Shown here: positions 24,638 to 37,319 of the stretch, in pieces | Layout: every line of letters begins with the position of its first letter | Position numbering within the stretch: position 1 is the first letter of the stretch | DNA from: Pseudovirgaria hyperparasitica | Lineage: Eukaryota | NCBI GenBank assembly: GCA_010093815.1 | Contig: ML996571.1 | Length of the DNA stretch: 64,000 nucleotides | Direction: 5' to 3' (one strand) | Program-made: the position numbers and the translations under genes | Notes under the pieces: model-generated | Database searches by the model: none | Seen by the model: only the letters and a program-made list of their open reading frames with translations | Told to the model about the DNA's origin: nothing

Positions 24638-26896
24638 CTATCGCATTCGATCATCAGCTTCACCTCCATCGTCTCCACTCTCGCTCGCCCTTGGTGTAGA
24701 TGGTAGTTCTGGTGTTTCGCTCAGCACACTGAGTGAGGATGATGTCCGCCGACTCGAAGGAGGAAGATAATCCGTGAATACTGCGGCTGTCAGAAACTCT
24801 ATGACTGTAGACACGGCGATGCTGGATAATGAGGAGACGGAAGTACTCCTGAAGCAGCGATTGCTGGAATGAAGACTCAGCACTGCAGGGGCGAGGACGA
24901 CCGAGCAATATAGGGATGAATAGACATAGTGGCGGAAAAGACATGCTAAAATGTGAATGGACTTGGGACAGCTTACATTTGCGTTTTTGTGGCGTCGGGG
25001 TCTCAATCAACACATACCTCGCGCGTGACGGCGTCTTTGGCACCGTCATCATACTGCGTCCATAGCACTTACTACTCTCTAGCATATCCATATGGAGACG
25101 CAGTCTCATCGTGCTGGCGTCCAGAAGCTTTCTGCCAAGCGCTTCTTCGCCTTCCAGGCCCTTGCCTTTCACTCGCCCGTCTCCGAGGGCTCGCTTTTCA
25201 CGTCGAGCAATGCCATCGCTCATGGAGATCCGAAAACTACCATTTTCGACAGATTCTTGAACGTCGGCTCGGAGCTCGGAGTCAAGCTTCATGCGGCGAA
25301 TGAGGTTGCAAAGGATGTTTTCTAGGATTACGACAACCTTGGCGTGGTTGGATAGACTTTGGGTTTTGGCGAATGATGGAAGGTAGTGTTCTTTGATATG
25401 TGCGACGCTTGGGGCGTACACGTTGATCTCCTTGGGGGGGAACGAGCGTCTGACGATGTCGAATAATAGGACGGAGTTCAAGTGATTTTGGGTGTGCAGC
25501 GACATGCTTGGCCAATATAGTAGAGACGGGTAAACGGAACAAGGCAGGGGATTCATGAACTCGGTTATATTGTCAAAGAGTTCTGCTTGGTCCGTCATCA
25601 ATTTCGGCAAATGAAAGGATACTTCTGACATCTGAGTTATGTGAGCTTGAGTCACCTAGGGTACCGGGAGCTTGAGATTTGACGACTTACTATATCTAGA
25701 AGTCGTTGTCGTAATCTCAACGCTTCGATACCGCCTAGGATGTCCGCACCTGTGAGCTGTTCCAGATCTTCGTCGAATTCGCTGTCATCCTCAAGTGTTG
25801 AACTGCGTCCTCTCGAGGCCCTTGTCCTTTTCACTAAAGCCTCATCGGTCTCATCATTGTCGCTATCTGTTTCGTAGTCCCCAAAATCATTTTCGTCAAT
25901 GTTGATCTTTTTAAGTCGGCCCTTGGACTGCGTGTCCTCCCCCTTAGGCGGTTCGGACTCTCCATAGAACACCTCGCGGTACAACTGACGCGACTTCTTT
26001 GAGCCATCAGCGAAGATGGCGCGTAGGATTTTCCGTCTTCCTGTACTGCTACCGGGGCTCTCAGGTCTCATGTAAGACCACACTAGGCTTTTTTGAAGGA
26101 TATCGCCCTGGGTGTCCTGTGTTACGACGTCCACTTGCGCCAGTCTTGCAGCCCAGTCATCCTCCATAACGTCGACCATCACTTCCAGGAATTGTCTCCA
26201 CCGCGTCCATCGTAGCTTGTTTCGCACAGAGCAGTTGAAAGCCCAGCCAACGACTTGCCAGAAACTTGTCGCAGATACCCAAAGCGACCCTGAGTTTGCT
26301 ATTCTCTGGGGAAGTTTTAGGCCTCCACCAAGAACATCGTCTGTTGGTTTGTAACTACGACGATTAGATCCATCGTCCGGGAATTTGAATAGCTCAGATA
26401 GGTTGACATTTATCGAGCCCACTATCCTGGCAAGTGATCGTATATATGTAGTGGCTTTCAGGCATACCTCTGCTGCGTCGGCGGACTTTGCGTGAGTAGA
26501 ATATTTGGGATGAACAATGAGGGTTGCTAGCAGAGAAATGTATTGCCCGGGAGGTACTAAGGCAGATGAAGGATGTTGAGCATCCGAGGCACCATAGCCA
26601 GCTTCTAGGAACTTTGTCAGTAGGGATATGGCTTCTGAATCTTGACTTTATCAGTCTATGCAATCGAAACTCCAAAGCATCCTATACGCACAGCCTTCTT
26701 CGCTCATATAGACATATGCATGGTTCAATAGTTCGTACGGCAGTTTCTTCACCGGCCGGTAGAAATGTGAATGTGTATTCTTGCTGCGTTTTGACGGGCT
26801 CTCGTAGGAGCTGGCTATTGCAGGTGAACTTCCTTTTTTCGACTTCGGACTAGAATGAGACTCGGCGGCTGTGGTAAAAGATCGCGGAGAACTCAT
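24638..26896 (-). CDS. Conserved fungal hypothetical protein, multi-exon; 3' end uncertain (24638 or 24660)
   Basis: Splice gives YMSEEG|YSEAISLL..VPPGQYISLLATLIVHP..FWQVVGWAFNCS..RWTRWRQFLEVMVDVMEDDW; links ORFs 26651-26896, 25652-26422 and 24660-25655. Confidence 0.8.
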
Positions 26897-27895
26897 GATC
26901 GCTCAGACTGTCTCTAGCACATTGTCTGTCTCGGATTAAAAGCTAGCAATTATTGTTAGAGGGCAGTGGAATGGATGAATACGCGATCGTAACGCGTCCG
27001 ATGCTGATCACGATCTCACGTGATATTTCACTTTAGAACCGTCTCAGGGATGAGTACCCTACGTAGTATTGTTCCCATCGCCGTAGCTTTAATCACATAA
27101 GAGCTTCGCACCTACGCCTCGTCCGCACGCGGCAATCATTTAGGAAGCATTCGGTACAGACAGGAAGGCTAGATTACTTCCTATCATTTTGGGATGCCTA
27201 ATTCTATATTATCGCTATATGACATTCACTGCACAATCTTAGCCGCGACAGGAATGTCGTAAGGACTACGAGACTCGTCTTGGAGCTCAGCTCACCAGCT
27301 TTGACTCAAAGACCGCAAAAACCGAGCTATATTGGACACAGCAACGACAGCATGCCAAAAGCAAACAAATGTGTTTCGCGTAAATCACGGAGATGGGATA
27401 GTATCATGGTCGGTTGCAGCGTGAACTGATGATGTGACCGACACAAGACATCCATGAATGTGGCCGAGCCCAACATTCTTCGGCTTTGTTACAACAAGCA
27501 AGGATGTCTCGGCCACTTCTCTCTGCGCGTCCTTTCCTCTACCTTCAGTCTCTTAATACTACCCAGGAGGATTGGATTCTACTAAGTCCTCGAATTTAAT
27601 AGCATATCGCCAGTCTTGTCCTGCTGGCGTTGATATACTGCCGACGTCATCGCTGGCGTGTTCCCATTGGTGTTTCCCGACCAAGCCCATCTCTCCAACG
27701 CCCGCATCCGGCCTGAATCTATCACGTTCACGCGCTTTCAACGCTTTCGGCGAATGCCGAGGTGTCCATAGCTGCACTGGCTGTTGATTAACTAGCATCT
27801 TTGACACCTGGAAAGAGCGTGTACAATCATATAGCCGTACAGGACACTGGACTTTATCTTGCGCGTTACCGGAGAGAGGTACATCACGATTCATC

Positions 27896-30800
27896 ATGGC
27901 TGGCATGGAACAATTGCAAATCCATAGCAAGGTCCGAGACTATTGACATATTCTTGGCGCAACTACTGATGGCTGTACAGTCTTATCTCGTACGCTGGAT
28001 CGATGTGCCGGCCGGGCACTCCATATCATGGAGCATACAACCTCACAAGAAATCGTTGAACTTCGGGGTTTTCAAACATCCTGGTACTGCGAATGGTGCG
28101 ATCCCAAACCTCCCCTCGAGCGCTGTCTACGAGCAGCCTGCTACGCCAGCGGCCGAACAAGCTCCAAGAGGGAAACCAGAGCATATGTCCAAGAGCGATC
28201 AGACAAAAGTAGTGGAGAAGCTGCAGGGTATGGGCTACAAGTCTGTAGCATGGACGGGGAGATGTGACGCAGACAAAGTAACTCTGGGCAAATACGACGT
28301 CCAAGAAGGCGAGGGCGGCATGTACGGGCTCGTTATAGACAACACTTTTTCGAAGCAGGTGTCAAAGACAGCGACGCTCGTGCTCATGACACACCCAACG
28401 AACGTCGTACCAAAGTCTGGCGCTAGCCTGCACTTCTCTCAAGCTTTCTCTGGAAGCGCGTCAAGTTTGCCATCGAAGAATAGCCCTCGACTGACTGCTG
28501 CGAACAATTCAGCAGAGTCGTTGCCTCAAGACTCTGGTCGATCAACCCTGCGACCAAAGTCATCTCATGGCAGCGAGTCTTCGACCTTCTACACTGGTGT
28601 ACTACAGAAAAAGCGCAGGAAGCGCAACCAGGGCTATGCGCGTCGCTTCTTCTCCCTTGATTTCACGTCCTCTACCTTGTCCTACTACAGGAATGGCCAT
28701 TCCTCAGCACTACGAGGCTCTATACCACTTGCGCTGGCGGAAGTTGGTGTCGACGAGAAGAGGAAGGAAATATCAGTAGATTCGGGGGCAGAAGTATGGC
28801 GCCTAAAAGCATTAAACAAGAAAGACTTTGAGGGCTGGCGGAATGCTCTAATTAGAGCATCAGACTTTGCGCATGCTGTCACACGCCCACGTGCAACAAG
28901 TCCTCAGCAGTCATATCATACTGCTCATATGCCAGATCCCGCTACAGAGCGAGAATGGGAAGGTATAGAGAACCTAGTTGGAAGAGTCGCGGGCATTCGC
29001 GACGCTGTCCGTCGGCTGGCCCAAGACACCGATCCAAAGTACAAGCCTGCTCTGGTTGGCCTTGGGATCGGGAAACCAAATCCGAGTGCATCGTCAAGTC
29101 CGACCGACGCGGTAGAAGCTGGTGACTACTTTGGACAAGAAGGTGCGGAAAGAGCTGAGAAAACTTCGTTCTGGAAGCGAAAGGCTAGTAGCTCTGGACC
29201 AAGTCATAGCCCTTCAACATTACTCAGGAGAAGTGTTTCAGCCCAGCTGGCTGTACCGTCTCCATCTGCGGTGCCACAATCTCCAAATGGCAACCTGACA
29301 GTGCCGGTGCGTACGGAGCAAGCAAGTAACTCACCTAACAATGGAGGGATTCATGATCACTGCATGGCAATTCTTCGGGATCTGGATTCTGTAGTATCAG
29401 AGTTCTCAGCAATCTGCGGGGAGCGAAGACAAAGAAAAACACCCTTACCTCCAAAGCTATCCTCACGCGACAGTATCGATACGACCACGTCCGAGGAGTT
29501 TTATGATGCTCGTGATGTGGATACTCCAGCCAGTCGCTCAGGATTTCTTACCATTCGCCGTGATAGCGACGACCAGGATGTGCAATCAGATGTTGCATCT
29601 GATGCTGCATCAGTATCAAGCAGTGACGATGAAGCACATGAGACCTTTGAACGTACACCAAGAGAAGGCCAGCCATCTATGTTTCCAGCAAAACCAAAGA
29701 ATCTCACGCCTCTTCCACTTGATCGTGTGCGGAGGCGCACGACGATTGCACCCGCCAAGGTTGCACCTCCAAGTCTGATCGGCTTCTTACGCAAGAACGT
29801 TGGCAAAGATTTCACGACCATTGCCATGCCAGTGTCGGCAAACGAGCCGACCTCATTACTGCAACGCTTCTCGGAGCAGATGGAGTACACAGAACTTCTG
29901 GACGCAGCCGTGACGGCTCCAGAGAAAACCGGCGAGCGTATACTGTATATCACTGCATTCGCTCTTTCGACTTTCTCGAACTCACGGGTCAAGGAACGAG
30001 CCATCCGCAAACCCTTCAACCCTATGCTAGGTGAAACATATGAGCTCGTGCGTGAGGACAAAGGGTTCAGATTCATCGCTGAGAAGATATCCCATCGTCC
30101 AGTACGAATGGCATGTCAAGCAGAGGCGAAAGACTGGACGTTCGTCCAGAGCCCTATGCCAGTACAAAAGTTCTGGGGCAAATCTGCAGAGCTAAACACC
30201 GATGGGCGTGCGCACGTTCTCATCCATCCATCCGGAGAACACTACAGCTGGACAATCGCAACTTCGTTCTTACGCAACATCATCGCGGGCGAGAAGTACG
30301 TCGAGCCCGTCGGCACGATGACTGTCGTTTGTGAAACTACGGGGTACAAAGCTGTCACAACTTTCAAAGCCGGAGGCATGTTCGCCGGCCGTAGCGAGGA
30401 TGTTACAGTCAAAGTGTCCGATGCGCAAGGCGACCATCTCCCCGTAGGATTGACGGGCAAGTGGACCTCCCACTTCAATCTTACCAGGAACGATTCTGAC
30501 ACCGGCGATACCATGTGGTCCGTCGGTCCCCTCGTGGACAACGCACCTCATCGATACGGATTCACTGCGTTCGCTGCTGCGCTCAATGAGATCACCGATA
30601 TCGAACGCGATCGCATCCCAATTACTGATAGTAGACTACGACCTGACCAGCGTGCTGCTGAAGATGGTGATCTAGACCGTGCGGAGGGCCTTAAGGCGAG
30701 GCTAGAAGAGCGACAACGCGCACGTCGACGTGTGATGGAGGAGCATGGTGACCAGTGGGTGCCGCGCTGGTTCGCACAAGCAAGCGCTGGTTCTGATGGC

Positions 30801-30896
30801 GAAGAATTGTGGAAGCTGAAGACCGGCAAGGATGGATATTGGGAGGAGAGAGAAAAAGGAGAGTGGACTAGGGTGGTTGATGTTTTTCAGACATAG
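27896..30896 (+). CDS. OSH3: Oxysterol-binding protein homologue Osh3 (GOLD + PH + OSBP); intron 27932-27980
   Basis: MAGMEQLQIHSK|SYLVRW; DNTFSKQVSK (GOLD); KKRRKRNQGYARRFF (PH); KPFNPMLGETYE, EKISHRP, TDSRLRPDQR. Confidence 0.96.
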
Positions 30897-31105
30897 TGCC
30901 AGGATGGAATAATGTGACATTTTTAGCATAGTGCAATGAAGCGATTTGAGGTTATGCAGCTACGATCTTGTGTAAGTGGCTACTTTTGATGTTCTTGAAT
31001 GTACAGTCATGATATCACAATCCTCAGGCATCCGTCATAATCGTCGTCTAGCCAGATACCCTAATACTCTCATTACTCGTATTGTCCTCGCATTTTAGGT
31101 GCCGC

Positions 31106-31552
31106 TCAATGTCCCTTCGCACCCCTCTCATCTTGCATCCCAATAATCACGTCTGGTGCCTCGGGATGATCCTTCTTCGCCTTTGCCGTGCTATTTCTCT
31201 GATCTGCTCCTGTCGTTGCTGAGCCGCCTGTTCCGTTCTGTTTATTCCTGTCCCAACTCGAAGTTAGTACTCCTCACACAGCTCCCTGAGGAGAGTCCCC
31301 TGTTAATGCTTACTGTTGACCCTCCGCGCTCGCCTTGGAGTGAATGTTGTGCGTGTCATGCGTGCTCTTGTCCAGAACGTGCTCTTTGCCGAGTCCAGGG
31401 CTGTCCTTGCCGCTGCTGTAGTAGCGAATGGAGTGAAGAGAGCGTGGGGCGATCATGGAGTAGGAGGCATGGTGATGTGCGAGGGTACGCGATAGGGGTA
31501 CAAGGACACGACGGGAGAGAGTGAGAAAATCGGATGGAGAAGGTGTTGTCAT
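31106..31552 (-). CDS. Small conserved, probably mitochondrial, hydrophilic protein; one intron ~31250-31313; start 31552 or 31456
   Basis: Presequence-like MIAPRSLHSIRYYSS; second exon ends KAKKDHPEAPDVIIGMQDERGAKGH*. Confidence 0.75.
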
Positions 31553-32058
31553 TGTGAGAGCTGGTGCCTGGATATATTTTGGAATGAGACGATTGAAGAT
31601 GGAAACTCAATTGGAATATATGGAAGCACAATGTTTGTTTCGGGTGTGAATTGCTACGAACATATTTAACTGGTGGTCTTTTCTGATCGAGCAGAACGCC
31701 TGCTTAGACCTGCGGCACGTGTTGATGACGGGTACAAATTTGGTCCCCACTGTACACTTACATCTCTAGAGCTTCCAATTAGGCGCACGGTCTGTGGAAC
31801 GAATGCACGATGCCATGATGACGTTTGCGGGGACGGCGACGTGGACCCTGACTGAGCTGCAACCTCAGTGTGTGGCGGCGGGACAGCTGGCGCTAGCGGA
31901 GCTTGGGGAGCTGCTTTTCCACGCGACGGCATGTGGAGGGGCATTCACGACGTAAATTTTGGAATTGACTTGCGGTCCTTGAACCTTTTATCACCTACTA
32001 TACACATCAAGATCTGTCGCACGTAATCTCTGCTTGAGCGCAGTATAGATCACAGAGC

Positions 32059-32466
32059 ATGGCCGAAGCCTTAAATTTAGGCTTTCCCTGCACTTTGTCC
32101 GTCCACCCCAAAAATATTCACCCTTGACATCAGCAGTAATACTCTCCCTCCAGAACCGTCAAAGTCCCGTTTCCGTCTCCACATCTCTCCAATACCGCCC
32201 TACGTACACTTTCCGTTGACGCTGAACTTTCGCCCTTCGTCCGTCGCTCGTTCTCCATTCCTTCTACAGACCCGTCGGTCCTTGAAGTACGATACGTTGC
32301 GACGACGCATCGTATGCTACGGGTCGCTGTTAACGGATTCTTTGAGAGTCTGGGTGTGGTACTGGGCGTCATGGAGGAGTTGGATGTGGATACGCTGAGC
32401 TTGGATGGAAAGGAGGAGGTTTGGGGAGTGGGTGTGCAGGGATTAGTCAAAGGAGATGGGAACTGA
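32059..32466 (+). CDS. PCC1: KEOPS/EKC complex subunit Pcc1 (116 aa); intron 32097-32153; absent from the ORF track
   Basis: FPCTL|TVKVPFPSPHLSNTALRTLSVDAELS..YVATTHRMLRVAVNGFFESLGVV. Confidence 0.9.
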
Positions 32467-32804
32467 GATGGATGGTGGGTAAAAAATATGCACAACATAC
32501 GAGCACGATACGGCACCTGTGTCCTGTTGAGACTTCCGCGAGGTGCCCGCGAGAGTATGCTCAGTGGTGTAAGCATGGCAAGGCTATCTGTATTGACGCC
32601 TTCAGGTCAATTCATGAGGTTGGCCACGCTCCAGTTATGTCGAATTACACACGGAGCAGCTGGGATCAACCGATGGAATTTGAAAGAGCGTGTAGCTGTA
32701 GCACGACTCATATCTTGGATTGGGGTATAAAGCTACGCTAACCCAGAATGGCTCCTGAAATGCGTTGGTAGTACATAGAACACGATTACACAAGGTTTGG
32801 AGGA

Positions 32805-34455
32805 CTATTTCCTGTTCATTAGCCCCGCAAAGAAGTTCTTTAGTGTCTCATTTGACTCTTCGGCGCCATTAGGCAGCGTTTGTGCGTCATTAGAGCCTTC
32901 ACCAAGCAGCCCCTTTACCGGACTGCCTGAACGTTCTGTCTCGCGTGCCTATAATCGAGTGTTAGCATATCGCTACCAGGAAGCAATTCCTAGACTCACG
33001 TTGATCTTGTTTAAGATGTCATCTGCGTCGACTTGTATACCGCCCATGTTGAATTGTACAGGCCCAATTTGATCGGTCACAACATTGCTTGCAGGCTCAT
33101 TGTATGCAATGGCCTTGCCTCTTTTTGCTTCTCGGTCCTTCGTCTTACTCTCGTCATCTTCAGCTCGAAGCTTGTCTAGAATCTCTTGTTGTGTGGTCAA
33201 GAAAGCCTGATTATCTATGCTCTCCACCTCGATGCCATTTGCTTTATTAGTTGTTCCAGAGAAGCCTTGTGACACAGCCATTGGGTCTTGTACGGTTTCC
33301 TCGTAGATACCAACCGCCGTCTGATCTTCAGTTTCGGTATCGCCAGTCTGAATATCCAACGACCATAGCTTGCTCATTCCCTCGATATCAAAGCCTTCAC
33401 GCAGAGTCCTGATTTTCCCCCATGAGTCCCAATTGTGGGGTATCAATATGTTATCTCGGTCCGTAACATTGTATTTCAGGGATTGCCGCTTCAGAGTTGC
33501 TTGGATCGCAAGCGAAGAGTGTACCAATGACTGAAGAGAGCCAGGTCTCGACGGCATCGTGTACACAAGCGATGCGCCATGCTTGAGCAATACTGTTCGT
33601 AGGCATTCCAGCACAAAATCGAAGTCATCCTCTTTCCAACCCCTTTCTCTCTCTAGCTGCTCTATCTTGTCTGCGTTTTGGCATACGACGCATAGTGGTA
33701 TTCCGAGAGGCTCGTCCCATTCCCCAGGCCCAAGCGGGATCTGGTCACCAGGATCTATGTTATCGCCGGTTGCACCGCGGCCTTTTTGGAGATGCAAAAT
33801 ATTCTCTTCCAGAGCGTCTTTACAGTCATTGTCCAGTGATAGCAGTAGGCCACGAAACACTCGTATCCAGTCTCGTAGCTGCCGTAGCCATGCCCAGGGC
33901 TCATTCCAATCTAAAAGTATAACGAGAAGCATATGCGGGAGAGTTCGCGGAGTAAGTAGAGGTTTCAGTAGAGGCGTGAAAGACGGAGAGGGGTTGTTCA
34001 ATAAGTATAAAGATAATCTTGCGAGCGTGTCTACGACTGGTGAGCTTCGTTGGTAGTTGCTTTAGAGATTCATCTTCATACCTTCGTGATCGTCGTCTAG
34101 GACATCTTGGTATGTGTAGCCCAGGGCAAATTGATTCGCTACAGGTGGTTTCTTGCCTCTATCTAGAGGCCTCCTTTTACTTGCTGAATCGGTATTGAGT
34201 GACTCCAGGAAGTCTCTCTGGGTGTCCGGCGAGCCACCTACGTACTTACGTTAGCTCTCTCAACAATTTGAAGGTGAATTGAGATTTGCCTAAGACCAGT
34301 ACGCTCTTTTCGGGTAATCGCTTTCCGGTTGATACGCTGTCCAGTAACGACGACCACATTTCTTTCTTCTCTTCGCTACTCTTTGGGCGAGCAGGCTGCC
34401 CACGATCGGCCGTTGCAGTGAGAGATACAAATGTGGATATCCTCCGGTTCGCCAT
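32805..34455 (-). CDS. Cytoplasmic dynein light intermediate chain; 3 introns
   Basis: MWSSLLDSVSTGKRLPEKSVLVLG, FALGYTY, LLDWNEPW, VVCQNAD, LLKHGASLVY, IPHNWDSWGKI, C-terminal LKNFFAGLM. Confidence 0.93.
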
Positions 34456-34640
34456 AATGCAGAATGGCCCTGGAATAGACTCGGTGCGATATTTCGGTTT
34501 CGGAGTGTTGAATTATTTACGCTGACAACTGGTGATGTTGTTCGGCTGGCTGCTCTGTTGGCTACGGTACTGCAACTCTATATGCTGCCGCTCGACCCGT
34601 TCTTGAATCTAATCCACGGCTTGAGTCAATCGGTGACGGT

Positions 34641-34904
34641 CTAGGTCGTCGCTAATTCGCGTCTTGATGCCAATTTTCTTTGGAAGAACTTGTCTTGTCC
34701 AAGGTAGTCTCTCTGAAAGCCCACAAGGCTTTGACCGTTGAGTAGAAAGTGTTGCTTCAGAATACTAATATTCTGTATGTTTCCCTTATACTCTTTTTTG
34801 AACTCCTCCAGTGTAATTTCCTTAGTTTCGTGACGGGTTTCGTTGATATCCTGGTTCAATTCCTTCAGAAGAGTTAGGACGTTCACTTGATAGTTATTGG
34901 CCAT
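34641..34904 (-). CDS. Possible short orphan ORF (87 aa)
   Basis: ATG-initiated, helical E/K/Q/N-rich (MANNYQVNVLTLLKELNQ..), lower GC; no recognisable family. Confidence 0.3.
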   Translation of the reverse strand: MANNYQVNVLTLLKELNQDINETRHETKEITLEEFKKEYKGNIQNISILKQHFLLNGQSLVGFQRDYLGQDKFFQRKLASRRELATT

Positions 34905-35372
34905 ATTGGGGTGCAAAGGATCTTGGGCGAGTAGTGGTGTGGAAAATATGGGTAACTCGTAGGGGTTGGATTGGGAAGTGATGTACTTAAAGTGAACCTG
35001 GAAAGGGCGGAAAAGCGCGGCTCGATTGCCTGCCAGCAGCGGCGGTCGGGCAGCTAATCAGCGACAACAAAATCCAATTCGTATAAGACGCACGACTATA
35101 TGAGGAATGGTTGAGGACAGTAACGATCATGTTCAGGAGGTACAGACCTTCTACTAGATCTATACACTTTCAAGTCGCGGTCGCGTTCGCAATTCTCCGA
35201 GATGAAGCCGGGACTAGGGAACACTAAAGAATGAAAGTGTATGCACGATTGCCAACACGATTTGGTATACTTACCCAGGCAATGGAGTATACATCACATC
35301 TTGTGAGACTCCCTGACAGATCCTTTCACGCTCTTACGACTCCATGAGGCTTGGCCTGTTTCCTGCTTGATC

Positions 35373-36254
35373 ATGAACGCGATCCGCCGCGTGCGCGAGC
35401 TCAACAAACGAGAGTTGGAGGCTGGTATTACCCCGGAAGGATCATGGCACGTCGACTACCGCGACACCGCGTACATCTACGTTGGTGGACTACATCTAGA
35501 CCTCTCTGAGGGCGACATCATTACCATATTTTCCCAATTCGGGGAGCCAGTCTTCATCAACCTCGTGCGAGATAAGGAAACTGGCAAGAGCAGAGGCTTC
35601 TGTTTCCTCAAGTATGAGGATCAGAGAAGCACAGATCTTGCTGTGGACAACCTCGGTGGGGCAGAGGTCATGGGAAAACTCCTTAGTGTCGATCACACAC
35701 GATATAAGAAGAGAGATGGCGAGGACGTTGGCGATAACACTGGAGGTGACGCCGTGATGAAGGACGTCGCAGATGAGAGCGAAAGCGAGGAAGAGGTTGA
35801 GAAGCGCCCACTTTCAAAGGAAGAGAAGGAGCTTGCTGAGCTCATGCGAGATCACGACGACGATGACCCTATGAAAGCATACTTGATAGAGCAGAAGAAA
35901 GAAGAGGTCGCGGCGGCGCTGAAAAGGTTACCTAAGGACAAGGGTAAAGGCAAGGACAAGGATAGAACTCATCGGCACCACCACCGGTCTCGCAAACATC
36001 GCACCCATTCGGACTCCCAAGACCGTGAGATTCACAGAGACAGAGAAAGCGAGCGAGCAAACTCCAGAGGCAAGGTTCATGAGAAAAGCTCCCGACGGCA
36101 CCGCTCTCGAACACCAGAAGGGCGCGATCGACACCGACGAAGCCCACCGATGAGCGAACTATCAGAACCAAAGCGTAGAAGGAGACAAGATGACAGTAAT
36201 TTCTCACGCGAGCGAAGGAGGAGCCCGTCTAGTAGAGATACCAGGCCGCGTTGA
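35373..36254 (+). CDS. IST3: RES complex RRM protein Ist3/Snu17 (RBMX2), intronless
   Basis: SWHVDYRDTAYIYVGGL, GKSRGFCFLKYEDQRSTDLAVDN; RS/H-rich tail. Confidence 0.95.
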   Translation: MNAIRRVRELNKRELEAGITPEGSWHVDYRDTAYIYVGGLHLDLSEGDIITIFSQFGEPVFINLVRDKETGKSRGFCFLKYEDQRSTDLAVDNLGGAEVMGKLLSVDHTRYKKRDGEDVGDNTGGDAVMKDVADESESEEEVEKRPLSKEEKELAELMRDHDDDDPMKAYLIEQKKEEVAAALKRLPKDKGKGKDKDRTHRHHHRSRKHRTHSDSQDREIHRDRESERANSRGKVHEKSSRRHRSRTPEGRDRHRRSPPMSELSEPKRRRRQDDSNFSRERRRSPSSRDTRPR

Positions 36255-36413
36255 TCAACGCTGGTCCCATGCTGTGGGAATCATTCACGACGAGATGGTT
36301 ATTTCAAAATTAATTACAAGGCTTACTGCTATAGTGATACCTAGTTGGTAGAAACTGACCTGACACCACCTGCGGCTCCCCAACGAGTCTTCCTGCCATT
36401 GCCTTGGTGCTTA

Positions 36414-37319
36414 TCAACCGGTCGTAGCTTTTGGTGCCAGCAGGTCACCCAAGTTGTTTTGGGTGTAATAGTCCGCACGTATCTTATCGGCAACCTTGCT
36501 CACATCCTCCGCTCCATCATTCAGTGGATCGATATGCACCCTGAAAGGTCTCCTGCCATGAGCCGTACCTACTACCTCCACAATGGCTTTGGCGACATCG
36601 TTAACATCTGGGGGATTGTCCTTTGGAGTCATGTTCTCGAACGCCTTGTCGACGCGCTGCGATACCCCTTGATAGGCTCCGGTCTCGTACTCAATCGCGA
36701 CGTTCGTATCATGAGGGCGAGCCGCATTCGTGAAATGGTTTGTGCCAGTAGGAAAGGCGCCCGGAACGACAATTGACGTCTCTATCCCCCAAAGCGATAA
36801 CTCAGCAGCCATGCTGACCGCCAACGAGTCCATGGCCGCTTTTGCCGCAAAGTACGGCCCTAGAAAGGGCGGCATCGCGCCCCTTGTGCTAGTCGATCCG
36901 ACATATAAAACCAACCCGGTTCCTTTCTTCCGCATGTACGGCAGGAATGCACGGTTGAGTCGATGGGTGCCCAGCGCATTGACGTCAAACATGCTCAGCA
37001 GCTGGTCCGGTGTGAAAGCCTCTAGAGGACCGAAACCCATGTGACCAGCATTGTGAACCACGACGTCTAAAGAGCCCGCCTCGGTGATGACCTTCTCGAC
37101 AGCCGCTTTGCAACTTTCGTCCTTAGTCACATCGAGCTCGAGGGCATGAATTTCCAGACCGTGCTCTTTATTGAAAGTACTGTCTTTTTCTACAGCCGCA
37201 GATTCTGTCCTAAGACTCCGGTGACCAGCATAGACGTTATGGCCAGCTTTAGCCAACGCGCGGGCTGTAAGTGCACCGAAGCCGCTGGATGCACCTGTAA
37301 TGAGGATCGTATAGCCCAT
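36414..37319 (-). CDS. Short-chain dehydrogenase/reductase, intronless
   Basis: TGASSGFG, HNAG, YFAAK, IVVPG. Confidence 0.93.
   Translation of the reverse strand: MGYTILITGASSGFGALTARALAKAGHNVYAGHRSLRTESAAVEKDSTFNKEHGLEIHALELDVTKDESCKAAVEKVITEAGSLDVVVHNAGHMGFGPLEAFTPDQLLSMFDVNALGTHRLNRAFLPYMRKKGTGLVLYVGSTSTRGAMPPFLGPYFAAKAAMDSLAVSMAAELSLWGIETSIVVPGAFPTGTNHFTNAARPHDTNVAIEYETGAYQGVSQRVDKAFENMTPKDNPPDVNDVAKAIVEVVGTAHGRRPFRVHIDPLNDGAEDVSKVADKIRADYYTQNNLGDLLAPKATTG

Noticed and set aside
27801..27980. N-terminal extension of the 1031-aa ORF
   Set aside because: True start is ATG 27896 in another frame, followed by an intron
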